DNA of 64,000 bases from Verrucomicrobiia bacterium (lineage in GTDB: Bacteria; Verrucomicrobiota; Verrucomicrobiia; Limisphaerales; Palsa-1400): positions 12,902-76,901 of the forward strand of contig DASXZW010000104.1 of assembly GCA_036501665.1 (NCBI GenBank). The letters run 5' to 3'. Positions within the stretch are counted from its first letter, which is position 1. Every line of letters begins with the position of its first letter. Made by a program: the position numbers and the translations under genes. This document shows, in pieces, positions 29,050-38,782 of the stretch. The notes beneath the pieces were generated by a model. The model saw only the letters and a program-made list of their open reading frames with translations. It made no database searches and had not been told where the DNA came from.

Positions 29050-29487
29050 TTACAAGGGTTTAACACCGCATCGTTTGGCGGCGTTTCTGAGTGTCTGGTC
29101 TCGCGACGCAAGAGGCAATGAAAGTCGCAAAGCCAGTTCGAGGTATGTGGCATCGTAGATCGTAAGACCGTGTTTTTCGGCGAGTTCGCTGATATTGCCG
29201 AAAGCATTTCGAGTCCCCTCCTCGTCCACACTGAATTGCATGTCGGCCAGTTTTTCCAGGGCCGCCCTCCTCTCCATCGACGTCAAACGGCGTCTGCGTT
29301 GCGCGACCATGAGGATATTCGCCATTTCCAGGAACCACAGAGGTGGAACAACAACTCTTGATCCCCCGTCGATCTGGCTAAGCAATTCATCCGTCTCGGG
29401 CGTCGCTTGACCTTGATAGACCCACGCAAACCCGACCGACGCATCCACGATGAAACTCGCGCTCAACGCCGTCCCTCGCTGATCCAT
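29050..29487 (-). CDS. vapC: PIN-domain toxin, VapC family
   Basis: FIVDASVGFAWV (first acidic residue) ... TIYDATYLELALRLSLPLASRDQTL. An alternative TTG start at 29466 would give a TTGA overlap with the antitoxin stop. Confidence 0.8.
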   Translation of the reverse strand: MDQRGTALSASFIVDASVGFAWVYQGQATPETDELLSQIDGGSRVVVPPLWFLEMANILMVAQRRRRLTSMERRAALEKLADMQFSVDEEGTRNAFGNISELAEKHGLTIYDATYLELALRLSLPLASRDQTLRNAAKRCGVKPL

Positions 29488-29726
29488 GACTTGACTTCGG
29501 CAGATGTGAGCTTGGGCTTTGCTTTGTTCCGCTTGGAAATTTGCGCGCGTAATTCAAGAATCCCAGCGACCGCCTTGCGCACAGACTTTAGATTCCGGCG
29601 ACCTTCAGGCACCAAACGAGCGACCGGCCTTTCATGCCTGGTAATGATGACCTCCTCGCCCAGCGCAACTCTCTTCAGAAGTTGACCGAACCGGGTCTTT
29701 GCCTCCAATGCAGTGACAGTTTCCAT
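29463..29726 (-). CDS. Phd/YefM-family antitoxin
   Basis: METVTALEAKTRFGQLLKRVALGEEVIITRHERPVARLVP is a typical Phd/YefM N-terminal fold. It sits upstream of, and overlaps, the PIN toxin. Confidence 0.8.
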   Translation of the reverse strand: METVTALEAKTRFGQLLKRVALGEEVIITRHERPVARLVPEGRRNLKSVRKAVAGILELRAQISKRNKAKPKLTSAEVKSWISEGRR

Positions 29727-29754
29727 AAATTCGCCTCACGTAAAATGACCAGTT

Positions 29755-29764
29755 AATAGCTATT
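29755..29764. promoter_or_regulatory. 10-bp perfect palindrome AATAGCTATT in the shared TA promoter region
   Basis: Read directly, 29 nt upstream of the phd-like start (29726). It is flanked by TAAAAT...ATTTTA. It is a candidate antitoxin operator only. Confidence 0.2.
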
Positions 29765-29950
29765 TTAGCATGTTTTGGAGCCAATGAAAGTTTTTAATGA
29801 CCAGAAGTTCGGGGTGATTTCTGACCACAGTGGAAGGAATTCGGTGGATGCAAGATTCTTAATGAAGAAGGCTGGCGATGCATTCAATGCGAACTTCAAC
29901 CACAATGCAGTCGCTTGTCACAAGGCAGACTTCTGTGGTATGCTAGAGAC

Positions 29951-30208
29951 ATGGAACAGTCCACGATCACGGATAAATTTCAGACGACCATCCCATTGGA
30001 GGTTCGCCGAGCGCTGAAACTGGAGCCTCGCCAGCGGGTTTCATACGAGGTGCGCTCCGACGGCTCGGCAATAATTCGCCCCGTTCCACGCCTGGACGAA
30101 CTGTTCGGCAGCATCAAATTAAACCAACCAGTCGCCTCCACTCAAAAGGAAAAGCAGGCGGCCCGCCTCGCCATGGCTCGGGAAGCGTCCGCTGAAGGCC
30201 GTCGATGA
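29951..30208 (+). CDS. AbrB/MazE/SpoVT-family antitoxin
   Basis: The ATG at 29951 gives MEQSTITDKFQTTIPLEVRRALKLEPRQRVSYEVRSDGSAIIRPVP, a swapped-hairpin AbrB-like motif. ATGA overlap with the downstream PIN gene. Confidence 0.75.
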   Translation: MEQSTITDKFQTTIPLEVRRALKLEPRQRVSYEVRSDGSAIIRPVPRLDELFGSIKLNQPVASTQKEKQAARLAMAREASAEGRR

Positions 30209-30618
30209 GCGCCACGCGTTATCTCGTTGATACCAATGTTTTGTTGCGTTTCCTTTCTGGTGAATCACCGGCGCAAGCTGCTGCTGTCAAAAAACTTTTT
30301 CTGCGGGCAGCGCAAGGGGAAGTAGTGCTCGATGTTTCTCCTGTCATCGTAGCGGAAGCTTTTTACACATTGGTTTCGTTTTACGGAGTCGACAGGCCGC
30401 TTGCTTCCGAAAAACTTTCTATTTTGCTTAAACAACACGGGGTACGAACGCGAGATTCCAATCAGGTTTTTGCAGCCCTTGACGAATTGCAGAATTCCAA
30501 TATCGGATTCGCTGACGCCTTTTTGGCAGCTGGCGCTAAAGAAGAAGGTGTTGCAGTCGCATCATTCGACCGCGATTTCGACAAGCTCAAAGTCCCTCGA
30601 TACGTACCCGTTGATTAG
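30205..30618 (+). CDS. vapC: PIN-domain toxin, VapC family
   Basis: YLVDTNVLLRFL ... GFADAFLAAGAKEEGVAVASFDRDFDKL shows the acidic PIN residues in the expected spacing. Confidence 0.85.
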   Translation: MSATRYLVDTNVLLRFLSGESPAQAAAVKKLFLRAAQGEVVLDVSPVIVAEAFYTLVSFYGVDRPLASEKLSILLKQHGVRTRDSNQVFAALDELQNSNIGFADAFLAAGAKEEGVAVASFDRDFDKLKVPRYVPVD

Positions 30619-30650
30619 CTCGCTTCGCCAAAGATGTCCTGCACTCTACC

Positions 30651-31979
30651 TCAATAAATCAGCACCATTGCGATGGCATTTTCGACGGACTGAATCGGGT
30701 CGGAGGCTTTTTGGTTTTGGGGCGGCATCAGTTCGATCCCTTTTACCGTTTTCAGCAACTGCCGCACGGGCCGCGCCTTCACGGCATAATTGACATTCTG
30801 CGGAACCGCCCCGGAAATCTTCATCGCCGCCATGTCGCTCAATCGCGCGACAACAACACCGACGACCTGCCCGTTCGCATCGCACAGCGGTCCGCCGGAA
30901 TTCCCAGGCTGGACGGGCACACTGATTTGATACTCCGTTTCATCGTCCTCCATTCCCGCAAGACTGCTGATCTTGCCGTCAGTGTATTTCGGTTCAAGCC
31001 CCTGCATTTGGATGTTGGGAAAGCCGATGGTAAAAACCTCCTGGCCCAAAGTTACGGAATCCTTCGCGGCAATGGCAATTGCTGGAAAAGTTCGGCCATC
31101 CACTTTAAGAACGGCTAGGTCGTCCAATGTATCGGTTTCAATCACCTTGGCGTCGAGCGTGGATTCCTTGTATTTGACTTTTACGGAATCAGCATCTTTG
31201 ACGACGTGAAAATTGGTCAGCAAATAGCCGTCCCGCGTTATGAAAAATCCCGAGCCGATCGCGCGTAGTCGATTGGAATCCGGCAATGACATTACGAATC
31301 GTGGATGAGGCCGTTGCGCCTCCGGAAGCGCGGCGAAGGGAGCGCCGCTTTTCAGAATGGCGGCGGGTATCTCGCTCCGCGCGCACACGCGACCTGCATC
31401 GTAAGCGCGAATGGTTCCCTCGAAATTAACCCTCGCATACGTGAAATTTCCCGTGAATTTCGCCATCACCGTAATCGTATCATTATCCGCGAACACTTGT
31501 GGAAGGTTTCGCACAAAGATCATCGTCGGGTCGGTCTGGCCGGGATTAGGTTCAATCAAAGCGCCATCGTTGACCGACATGATCACTTTAGCGCCAGTGA
31601 AACGAATCCAGCCCGCCTGCGGTTTGCGCAAGTCATAAACGACGCCATCCACTTCACGAAAATACCCGGCGCGAATGGCTTGATCGAGAGATTGTTCGGC
31701 GCCCCGTTGCGCATCGACTTTCGACTTGGCAACTGCGTTCGTCGTAATTCCCCACGACTCCAAAAAGTCCTTCGGCAATTTGTCCAAAGTCACCGTCGTT
31801 CCGCCGGTTGGATAAAGAAGAACGATGCGCCCTCCGCTGACAACATGCGCATCCTGTATTCCCACATAAGAAACACCGTCGATGGTGACGGCGGTAATTT
31901 TCTCTGCGGCCAATGCAGGCAGCAACGAGAGCGCCAGGAAAATCGCCGACAGCCGAATCATGCAGATAGTATTCCACAA
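30651..31979 (-). CDS. Trypsin-like serine protease (S1C/DegP-like catalytic domain, no PDZ) with about 230-aa N-terminal domain of unknown function
   Basis: GSGFFITRDGYLLTNFHVV (His), DDLAVLKV (Asp) and GNSGGPLCDANGQVVGVV (Ser). Signal peptide MIRLSAIFLALSLLPALAA. Confidence 0.8.
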   Translation of the reverse strand: MWNTICMIRLSAIFLALSLLPALAAEKITAVTIDGVSYVGIQDAHVVSGGRIVLLYPTGGTTVTLDKLPKDFLESWGITTNAVAKSKVDAQRGAEQSLDQAIRAGYFREVDGVVYDLRKPQAGWIRFTGAKVIMSVNDGALIEPNPGQTDPTMIFVRNLPQVFADNDTITVMAKFTGNFTYARVNFEGTIRAYDAGRVCARSEIPAAILKSGAPFAALPEAQRPHPRFVMSLPDSNRLRAIGSGFFITRDGYLLTNFHVVKDADSVKVKYKESTLDAKVIETDTLDDLAVLKVDGRTFPAIAIAAKDSVTLGQEVFTIGFPNIQMQGLEPKYTDGKISSLAGMEDDETEYQISVPVQPGNSGGPLCDANGQVVGVVVARLSDMAAMKISGAVPQNVNYAVKARPVRQLLKTVKGIELMPPQNQKASDPIQSVENAIAMVLIY

Positions 31980-32016
31980 GGTGCGCGCGGTTTCAACGCG
32001 TTCCGCCCGCAGAATA

Positions 32017-32757
32017 TTACCTACCTTCCACCGTCAATAGATGAGTGCGTTTCTTGAGTGTGCGCAGTGTCGCAAAAATCACGAAGCCGCCCACGAAAAC
32101 GATAAACCATCCAACGTCGATTTTAAACCGCCGCTCCGTGATGGAATCGCCAACGAGATCAAGAAGGAAAAAGGCGGAAATGATCATGAAAAATGCGTTG
32201 TATTCCCGTTGCAACACAGTGCGCCAGCAAAATGGCACCGGCGAAGGCTTCCATCCGCGAAACCTTGGAATGAATGCGGGCGTGGCAGCGGCCCACTGTT
32301 CAAAAAGCTCCCCAAACCGGCCACGAAGGAATGCTTCCTCCGCCAGCATGATCCTCTCGTAATACAGAGCGTAAAAACACGTCAGAAGCAGGACGAGCCA
32401 CCAGACGTGCAACTCCATCGTTAACCCCAGAAAGATGATATAATTTCCGACGTAGAGCGGGTGGCGAACCAAAGAGTACAAACCTGTCGTTGTCAACGTA
32501 TTGGCCGCCTGCTCGCGGGTGTTTCGGCCGGAAGTCCCAATTGGCGCGCGCCCAACGATCATGATTCTCACGAATAATCCAAAAAACGAAATCATCATGC
32601 AACCGGCCTGCCAGATTTCATTGACCGTATGACTTTGGTCCAGGTAACTCGTCGAAGCCAGGCAGATCAAAAAAATAGGCAAAATTGCCAGCGGAAGATA
32701 GCTTCGGTATTTAAAAAGCCACGCGCCCGAAGATTCAAGTTGATCGCGTAAGGCCAT
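32017..32757 (-). CDS. Isoprenylcysteine carboxyl methyltransferase (ICMT/PEMT-like) family membrane protein
   Basis: Multi-TM protein with the family motif TTGLYSLVRHPLYVGNYIIFLG ... EEAFL. Confidence 0.75.
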   Translation of the reverse strand: MALRDQLESSGAWLFKYRSYLPLAILPIFLICLASTSYLDQSHTVNEIWQAGCMMISFFGLFVRIMIVGRAPIGTSGRNTREQAANTLTTTGLYSLVRHPLYVGNYIIFLGLTMELHVWWLVLLLTCFYALYYERIMLAEEAFLRGRFGELFEQWAAATPAFIPRFRGWKPSPVPFCWRTVLQREYNAFFMIISAFFLLDLVGDSITERRFKIDVGWFIVFVGGFVIFATLRTLKKRTHLLTVEGR

Positions 32758-32851
32758 TAGGTTGTGTCGTATTGTTTAGCAGCAAAGTCAATTTCATCTG
32801 CAATGGGTTGTAATATACAAAACTATCTTCAGGTCGGTAAATAATTTCTCT

Positions 32852-32867
32852 ATGACAGTATTGTCAT
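32852..32867. promoter_or_regulatory. Inverted repeat ATGACA-GTAT-TGTCAT upstream of the RND operon
   Basis: Read directly, about 90 nt upstream of the TolC-like start at 32958. It has operator-like architecture, but no regulator gene is adjacent. Confidence 0.25.
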
Positions 32868-32957
32868 CTTATAGACCTTTCGACGCTTATTTGAATACTG
32901 TTATATGCAGAAAGGCGGAGTTCAAATGCTCAGCCGCGCCGCTGAAGGTGAACCGCA

Positions 32958-34379
32958 ATGAAGATCAAAAAGTTTGTCTTTACAGTGCAAGTTGCCGGGT
33001 TGCTGACCGGTTGCGTCCATTACCAACCGCAGCCGCTTTCACCCAAAGAGACTGCCGATCGCCTTGAGTCCAGGCGGCTTGACGATCTTGAACTCAAAAA
33101 ATTCCTCGAACAAAACGATGGGCACGATTTTGCAAATTGGCCGAAAAAAAGTTGGGATTTACAGGATCTTACCCTCGTTGCCTTTAATTTTCATCCGAGC
33201 CTGGAAGTTGCCCGCGCGCAATGGCTCGTGGCCTCAGCCGGCCTTAGGACGGCGGGTGCCAGACTGAATCCATCTGTCAGTGTCGCGCCCGGCTATGATT
33301 CCCAAATTCCCGGCAATTTCAGTCCTTGGATCGTCCCGGTGACTTTTGATCTGCCGATTGAAACCGCTGGAAAACGCGCCAAACGAATCGCAGAAGCTGA
33401 AAAAAATTCCGAGGCGGCCCGTTGGAATTTTGCTTCCGCCGCCTGGCAAATTCGTGTCCACGTCCGCTCCAGTCTGTTGGATTTAAAAATTGCGGAACGC
33501 CGCGCAGGGTTGCTGCAAAAGGAGTTTTCCGCCCAAAAACGAATCTCTGAATTGTTGCAACAACGCCTGGCCGCAGGATTGATCACGCGGCCCGATGTGA
33601 CGATTGCGGAAATTGCCCTGAACAAAACGCAACTTGATCTAAGCGATGCGAAATCGCGCCAGGCCGAGGCCCATGCACGGCTGGCGGAATCTCTCGGGTT
33701 AAGCGAAGCCGCGCTCGACGGGGAAGAGTTCACGTTTGATTTTTCCAAGACGGACTTCCAGGCGCTGACGTCGATTGACGCGCGCCGAATTGCTCTCCAA
33801 ACGCGCCCGGACATTCTGGCGGCGCTGGCGGATTATGCGGCGACGGAAGCGGAACTGCGCCTGCAAATCGCAAAGCAGTATCCCGACCTGCATCTGGGGC
33901 CTGGATACATTTGGAACAACGGCAACGCCGGCGACAGTCAATGGACTCTCGGAGCAACGCTCGAATTGCCGATCCTGGACCAAAATCAGGGGCCGATTGC
34001 CGAGGCCGAAGCGCGACGTCATTTGGCAGCGGCAAAATTCGTCGAGTTGCAATCGCAAATTATTGGCGACATAGACCGCGCCGTTGCCGAGTTTCGAGTC
34101 GCGGGCGAACAGTTGGAGAACGGGAAGGAATTGCTTCTCAACGAACAGAAGCAGCAGAAATCCGCCGAAGCGCAGCTTGCAGCCGGTTCCGGAGATCAGC
34201 TCGATCTGGTGAATGCCCAACTGGAATTGAGTAACGCGTCCCTGACCCAACTCGATAACGAAGCAAAACTTCAGGCGGCGCTGGGCGCGCTCGAGGATGC
34301 GCTGCAGCGCCCCGCGGACTCCCTCTCGACAGTCATTGAAAAAATGTCCGCTATGGTCCCCCAACCATTTCATAAATGA
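32958..34379 (+). CDS. TolC-family outer-membrane efflux lipoprotein
   Basis: Lipobox VAGLLTGC. Two coiled OEP repeats, and first in a three-gene operon with ATGA overlaps. Confidence 0.85.
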   Translation: MKIKKFVFTVQVAGLLTGCVHYQPQPLSPKETADRLESRRLDDLELKKFLEQNDGHDFANWPKKSWDLQDLTLVAFNFHPSLEVARAQWLVASAGLRTAGARLNPSVSVAPGYDSQIPGNFSPWIVPVTFDLPIETAGKRAKRIAEAEKNSEAARWNFASAAWQIRVHVRSSLLDLKIAERRAGLLQKEFSAQKRISELLQQRLAAGLITRPDVTIAEIALNKTQLDLSDAKSRQAEAHARLAESLGLSEAALDGEEFTFDFSKTDFQALTSIDARRIALQTRPDILAALADYAATEAELRLQIAKQYPDLHLGPGYIWNNGNAGDSQWTLGATLELPILDQNQGPIAEAEARRHLAAAKFVELQSQIIGDIDRAVAEFRVAGEQLENGKELLLNEQKQQKSAEAQLAAGSGDQLDLVNAQLELSNASLTQLDNEAKLQAALGALEDALQRPADSLSTVIEKMSAMVPQPFHK

Positions 34380-35428
34380 ACGCGAAACAAATCCTGTCGG
34401 GGTTGATCTTCATTTCAATTGCGGCGCTGGGAATTTTCGCCATTGCAAGACATCGCAGCACGGCGACTGAGCCTTCTGAAAGCGACGACGCCCCAACGCA
34501 GACCGTCGTCACAGTTCAAACAGGCGCGCTCAAGATCGCGACTTTGCATCGTTACGTCCAGGGCTACGGAACAGTCGGCCCCGCGCCGGCAACGACCAAC
34601 GCCCCCTCCGCCGACGCAGTTCTTTCGGCGTCTGTCGCGGGAGTCATCACTAAAGTTGCCGTCGTCCAGGGGCAGCATGTGGAAAAAGGAGACTTGCTGA
34701 TGGAATTGAATTCTGGGACGGCGACGGTGGAATACGCCACGCAACAACTGCAACGCCAGAAATCTTTGTACGCGCAGCAAAATACTTCCTTGAAGAATCT
34801 TCAGGATGCCGAGTTGCAGTTGGCCTTGTTGCGCGTCACTTCGCCATTGTCAGGCACGGTGACCCACCTCAACGTGCGAGCCGGTCAGGCTGTGGATTTG
34901 ACCACCGCGGTTGCGGAAGTAATCGACCTTGACCGCCTCGCTGTAAATGCTGAAATTCCGGTGACGGACGCTGCCGAATTGAAACCGGGCGAACCAGTCG
35001 AGATTTTGACTGAGCCTCCTGTCAATACGGAGATTTCCTTCATCAGCCCGGACGTTAATGCCAGCAACGCCACGGTCTTGGTGCGAGCGTTGGTGAACGC
35101 CGGCAGCGCCTTGCGTCCCGGGCAATTCGTCATTTTGCGCGCAGTGACCGCTGTTCATACGAATGTTCTTGCGGCCCCCGCCGAATGCGTCGTGACCGAC
35201 GACGATGGCAAAAGCTTTATCGCGCTGATAAAAGGCGATGAAGCCGCGAGGACGCCCGTCCAAACTGGCTTGCGCGAGGAGGGTTTGGTGGAAATCAGCG
35301 CTCCGGAGCTTAAATCCGGCGATGTTGTTGCGACTGTCGGCGCTTACGGATTGCCGGAAAAGACCAAAATAATTGTGCAAACCAACTCCGTTGATGCGGC
35401 GCCCGCCGATTCGGCCAAAGCCCAATGA
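34376..35428 (+). CDS. Efflux RND periplasmic adaptor (MFP/HlyD family)
   Basis: N-terminal TM, a lipoyl/beta-barrel pattern (VAGVITKVAVVQGQHVEKGDLLMEL ... SPLSGTVTHLNVRAGQAV) and its operon position. Confidence 0.85.
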   Translation: MNAKQILSGLIFISIAALGIFAIARHRSTATEPSESDDAPTQTVVTVQTGALKIATLHRYVQGYGTVGPAPATTNAPSADAVLSASVAGVITKVAVVQGQHVEKGDLLMELNSGTATVEYATQQLQRQKSLYAQQNTSLKNLQDAELQLALLRVTSPLSGTVTHLNVRAGQAVDLTTAVAEVIDLDRLAVNAEIPVTDAAELKPGEPVEILTEPPVNTEISFISPDVNASNATVLVRALVNAGSALRPGQFVILRAVTAVHTNVLAAPAECVVTDDDGKSFIALIKGDEAARTPVQTGLREEGLVEISAPELKSGDVVATVGAYGLPEKTKIIVQTNSVDAAPADSAKAQ

Positions 35429-38400
35429 CGCCTCAGAGCAACTCACCCTTGGGGCGATTTGCCACACGAAACGCGCTGTCAATCGTGTTTATTTCCGCCG
35501 CCTTGTGCCTGGCGGGAATTTATTGCGCGCTTCACATGTCGTCTTCGGTGTTTCCGCAAACTAATTTTCCCCGCGTTGTTATTCTAATTGACAACGGCAT
35601 CATGCCCGCCGATGAAATGATGGCGACCGTGACGCGCCCGATTGAAGAGGTGTTGAAGGATATACCGGGCGCAATCACGGTGCGTTCGGCAACCAAACGC
35701 GGGTCGGCGCAAGTGAATGTCTTGTTTAACTGGAGGGTGGATATGGGACAGGCGGAGTTATACGTGCTGGGCCGGCTCTCGCAAATCCGGGGAGAACTTC
35801 CGGCAACAGCCACCACAGAAATCGAACGCGTGACGTTTTCGGCGTTCCCCATCATCGGCATCAGTCTGACAAGCTCCAATCGCAATATCACTTCGCTCTG
35901 GGAGACTGCGAATTACGAATTGAAGCCGCGCTTTCTCCAGATCCCCGGCGTCGCGCGTGTCGAAATCAAAGGCGGACGCGAACCCGAATATCACGTCGAA
36001 GTCGATCCGCTAAAACTGGAGGCTGCCAGCCTCTCTCTCTCTGAAGTCACCGAAGCATTAACAAACAATAACATCTATGCGCCGGCAGGCATGATGGAAG
36101 AGAACTATCATCTCTATCTGACGACCGTGGACGGCCGCGTTCATTCCGCGGAGGATATCGAAAATCTGGTGGTTGCATTTCACAACGGCCATCCATTGCA
36201 AATCAGAGATGTGGCGTCCGTCAAGCGGGGCGCGGAGCCGGTCTTCCAATCCGTGACGGCGCAAGGTCGCGATGCTGTGCTCTTAAATATCCAAAGCCAG
36301 CCGGAAGGCAGCACCCTCGACATTGCCGCGGCGTTGAAAGAGCAATTGCGCCGGCTCCGGCAAGAACTGCCCCCGGACATGCGCCTCGGTTTTTTCTATG
36401 ACCAATCACTGTTCGTGCGTGATTCAGTCAGCAGTGTTTGGGACGCTATTATTTTTGGACTTATTTTATCGGTGCTGATCCTTTTTTGTTTTCTGAAAAA
36501 TTGGGGAAGCGTCTGGACTGCCATCGTCACAATTCCCATCACCGTCCTCATCACACTCGTGGCAATGAAGATGGCCGGCATGAGTTTCAACATGATGACA
36601 CTGGGCGGCATCGCTGCATCCATCGGCATGGTCATCGACGACGCCATTGTAGTGGTGGAAACGATGTATGTAAAAATCGCCGCCGGACGCCCGCGTTTGG
36701 CGGGAATACAAGAAGCCATCGGCGAGATTCTCAGACCTCTCGTGGCCTCAACGCTGACTCCCGTGGTCGTTTTTATACCGCTCGCGTTCTTAACTGGAAT
36801 TGCCGGAGTATTTTTCCGCGCTCTTGCGCTGACAATGGTGGTCTCGCTGCTCACTTCTCTGGTGCTCGCGCTAACGCTCACTCCGTCGCTTGCGGCCTGG
36901 TTCATCCGCGAGCGAAAAGGTGACGACCGCGAGGTTTCCGCAGACAATTCGGAGGGCGGATTTCTGCTGACGCGAGTCAATCGTCTCTACGAATGGGCGT
37001 TGCGTGTTGCGTTGCGTCTTCGGTGGATCGCACTGCTGGGCTGCCTCGCATTGGCCGTTGGCTCCCTGTCACTTTACCAACATCTCGAAACCGATTTTCT
37101 TCCTGACTTTGACGAAGGCGGTTTCATCATAGATTTCCACTCCCCGCCGGGCACAAGCCTGACCGAAACCTCCCGGCAACTGGATCAGGTGGAAAAGATT
37201 CTGGCTGCAAATCCCGACATCGAAGGATACTCGCGCCGGCTTGGGGCGGAACTGGGAATGTTTATCACCGAGGCTTATCGCGGAGATTTCGCCGTCAAGC
37301 TCAAGCCGGGCCGCAAACATCCTACGGACGCAGTGATCGCCGCACTTCGCCACACCTTTAACGAACAATTCCCCGCGTTCCACTGGGAATTCCCGGGCAT
37401 CCTGACCGACATGATTGGCGACCTGCAAATGGCCCCGGAACCCATTGAGATCAAACTTTTCTCGCCCGACTTGAAATGGCTGCAAAAAACCGCGCCGCTG
37501 GTGGAAGAAAAAATCAAATCCGTGCATGGCATTGTGGACACTTTCAACGGCCTCACTGAAACTGGACCTTCGTTTAATTTCCGTGTCAATTCCGTTGCTG
37601 CCGCGCAGTTCGGTTTAAGCGTCCAGGACATAGCCAGTACAGTCAATACAGCCTTGCTGGGACAGACCGCGTCGTATGTCCTCGAAGGAGATCGGGTGGT
37701 TAACATCCGCGTCCTTGTAAATCGAGCCAACGTCAACCGCATCGCGACGCTAAAGGAACTGCCCCTTCGCGCGGCCAACGGAAGCATCGTCCGGCTTTCC
37801 CAGGTCGCGGAAATGACCGAAGAACCTAGTCAAGTCGAACTGGACCGGGACGACTTGCGTCAGGACATCGTCGTCACCGCCCGGCTTGAAGGCCGCGATT
37901 TGGGCAGCGCGATGAAAGAGATTCAAGAAAAACTTTCCAAAATCAACGGTATCCCTCGTGGCGCAATTGAATACGGCGGCCTCTATCAACAACAGCAGGA
38001 ATCCTTTCGGAATCTCCTCGCGGTTCTCCTAGCTGCAATTCTGCTTGTATTCATTGTATTGCTGATCGAATTCCGATCTTTCAATGAACCCATTTCGATT
38101 GTTTTCGGCGCAGTCCTCGCGATGTCCGGCACGATTGTCGCATTGTGGCTGACCGACACATCGCTGAATATTGTGTCGTTCCTCGGCGCAATTATCGGCG
38201 TGGGCATAGTCGCCAAGAACGGCATCCTAATGCTGGACTTCGTCCACCAGTTGGAATCGGAAGGCTCGAATTTGGCCGATGCTTTAGTCAAATCCGGTCA
38301 TCGGCGACTTCGGCCAGTGTTGATGACTTCCTGCGCTGCGGCATTGGGAATGTTGCCATTGGCGTGGGGTGTCGGGTCGGGAGCGGAAATGCTGCGTCCA

Positions 38401-38532
38401 CTGGCCATCGCCGTGATCGGAGCATTGTGCATCTCGGTGCTGCTCTCGCTTTTGGCAACGCCGATGATTTATTTTATCCTGCGAAGGCTCCCAACTGGTT
38501 TCACCAGGCCAGTGGAAACCTCAATGTTGTAA
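35425..38532 (+). CDS. Efflux RND permease (AcrB/CzcA superfamily)
   Basis: 1035 aa with 12-TM / two-large-loop topology and the conserved GIAASIGMVIDDAIVVVE motif. The last codons (ETSML*) lie inside repeat copy 38521..38640. Confidence 0.95.
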   Translation: MTPQSNSPLGRFATRNALSIVFISAALCLAGIYCALHMSSSVFPQTNFPRVVILIDNGIMPADEMMATVTRPIEEVLKDIPGAITVRSATKRGSAQVNVLFNWRVDMGQAELYVLGRLSQIRGELPATATTEIERVTFSAFPIIGISLTSSNRNITSLWETANYELKPRFLQIPGVARVEIKGGREPEYHVEVDPLKLEAASLSLSEVTEALTNNNIYAPAGMMEENYHLYLTTVDGRVHSAEDIENLVVAFHNGHPLQIRDVASVKRGAEPVFQSVTAQGRDAVLLNIQSQPEGSTLDIAAALKEQLRRLRQELPPDMRLGFFYDQSLFVRDSVSSVWDAIIFGLILSVLILFCFLKNWGSVWTAIVTIPITVLITLVAMKMAGMSFNMMTLGGIAASIGMVIDDAIVVVETMYVKIAAGRPRLAGIQEAIGEILRPLVASTLTPVVVFIPLAFLTGIAGVFFRALALTMVVSLLTSLVLALTLTPSLAAWFIRERKGDDREVSADNSEGGFLLTRVNRLYEWALRVALRLRWIALLGCLALAVGSLSLYQHLETDFLPDFDEGGFIIDFHSPPGTSLTETSRQLDQVEKILAANPDIEGYSRRLGAELGMFITEAYRGDFAVKLKPGRKHPTDAVIAALRHTFNEQFPAFHWEFPGILTDMIGDLQMAPEPIEIKLFSPDLKWLQKTAPLVEEKIKSVHGIVDTFNGLTETGPSFNFRVNSVAAAQFGLSVQDIASTVNTALLGQTASYVLEGDRVVNIRVLVNRANVNRIATLKELPLRAANGSIVRLSQVAEMTEEPSQVELDRDDLRQDIVVTARLEGRDLGSAMKEIQEKLSKINGIPRGAIEYGGLYQQQQESFRNLLAVLLAAILLVFIVLLIEFRSFNEPISIVFGAVLAMSGTIVALWLTDTSLNIVSFLGAIIGVGIVAKNGILMLDFVHQLESEGSNLADALVKSGHRRLRPVLMTSCAAALGMLPLAWGVGSGAEMLRPLAIAVIGALCISVLLSLLATPMIYFILRRLPTGFTRPVETSML

Positions 38533-38640
38533 TTTTGGTCGGGAGTTGCGGTCCAATACAGACTGAACCCGCTCGAAGGCGAACTAATTCTTGACCCAAT
38601 GAATAATCGCTGAGCCGTTGCAGTGTGATCGTCAACGATG
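38521..38640. repeat. 120-bp direct repeat, copy 1 (decayed antisense copy of the giant subtilase C-terminal-domain coding sequence)
   Basis: Aligns without gaps to 40673..40792. The core 38551-38607 differs at 1 position, and there are about 14 mismatches overall. The minus-strand reading gives IVDDHTATAQRLFIGSRISSPSSGFSLYWTATPDQNYNIEV, versus FIVDDQTATTQPLFIGSRISSPSSGFSLYWTATQGKKYNIEV. Confidence 0.85.
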
Positions 38641-38782
38641 CGCCTATCGAAAGACAGATCCCTGCTCAGTTTCTCATTGCTTGTTTCACCTTTGGCATCC
38701 CCGGCCCGAACTTGGCTTGACCGCGCTTGCCGTTGAACGAGAGGTTGGATTTCTATTTCACGCTGATACGATTCGCACATTG

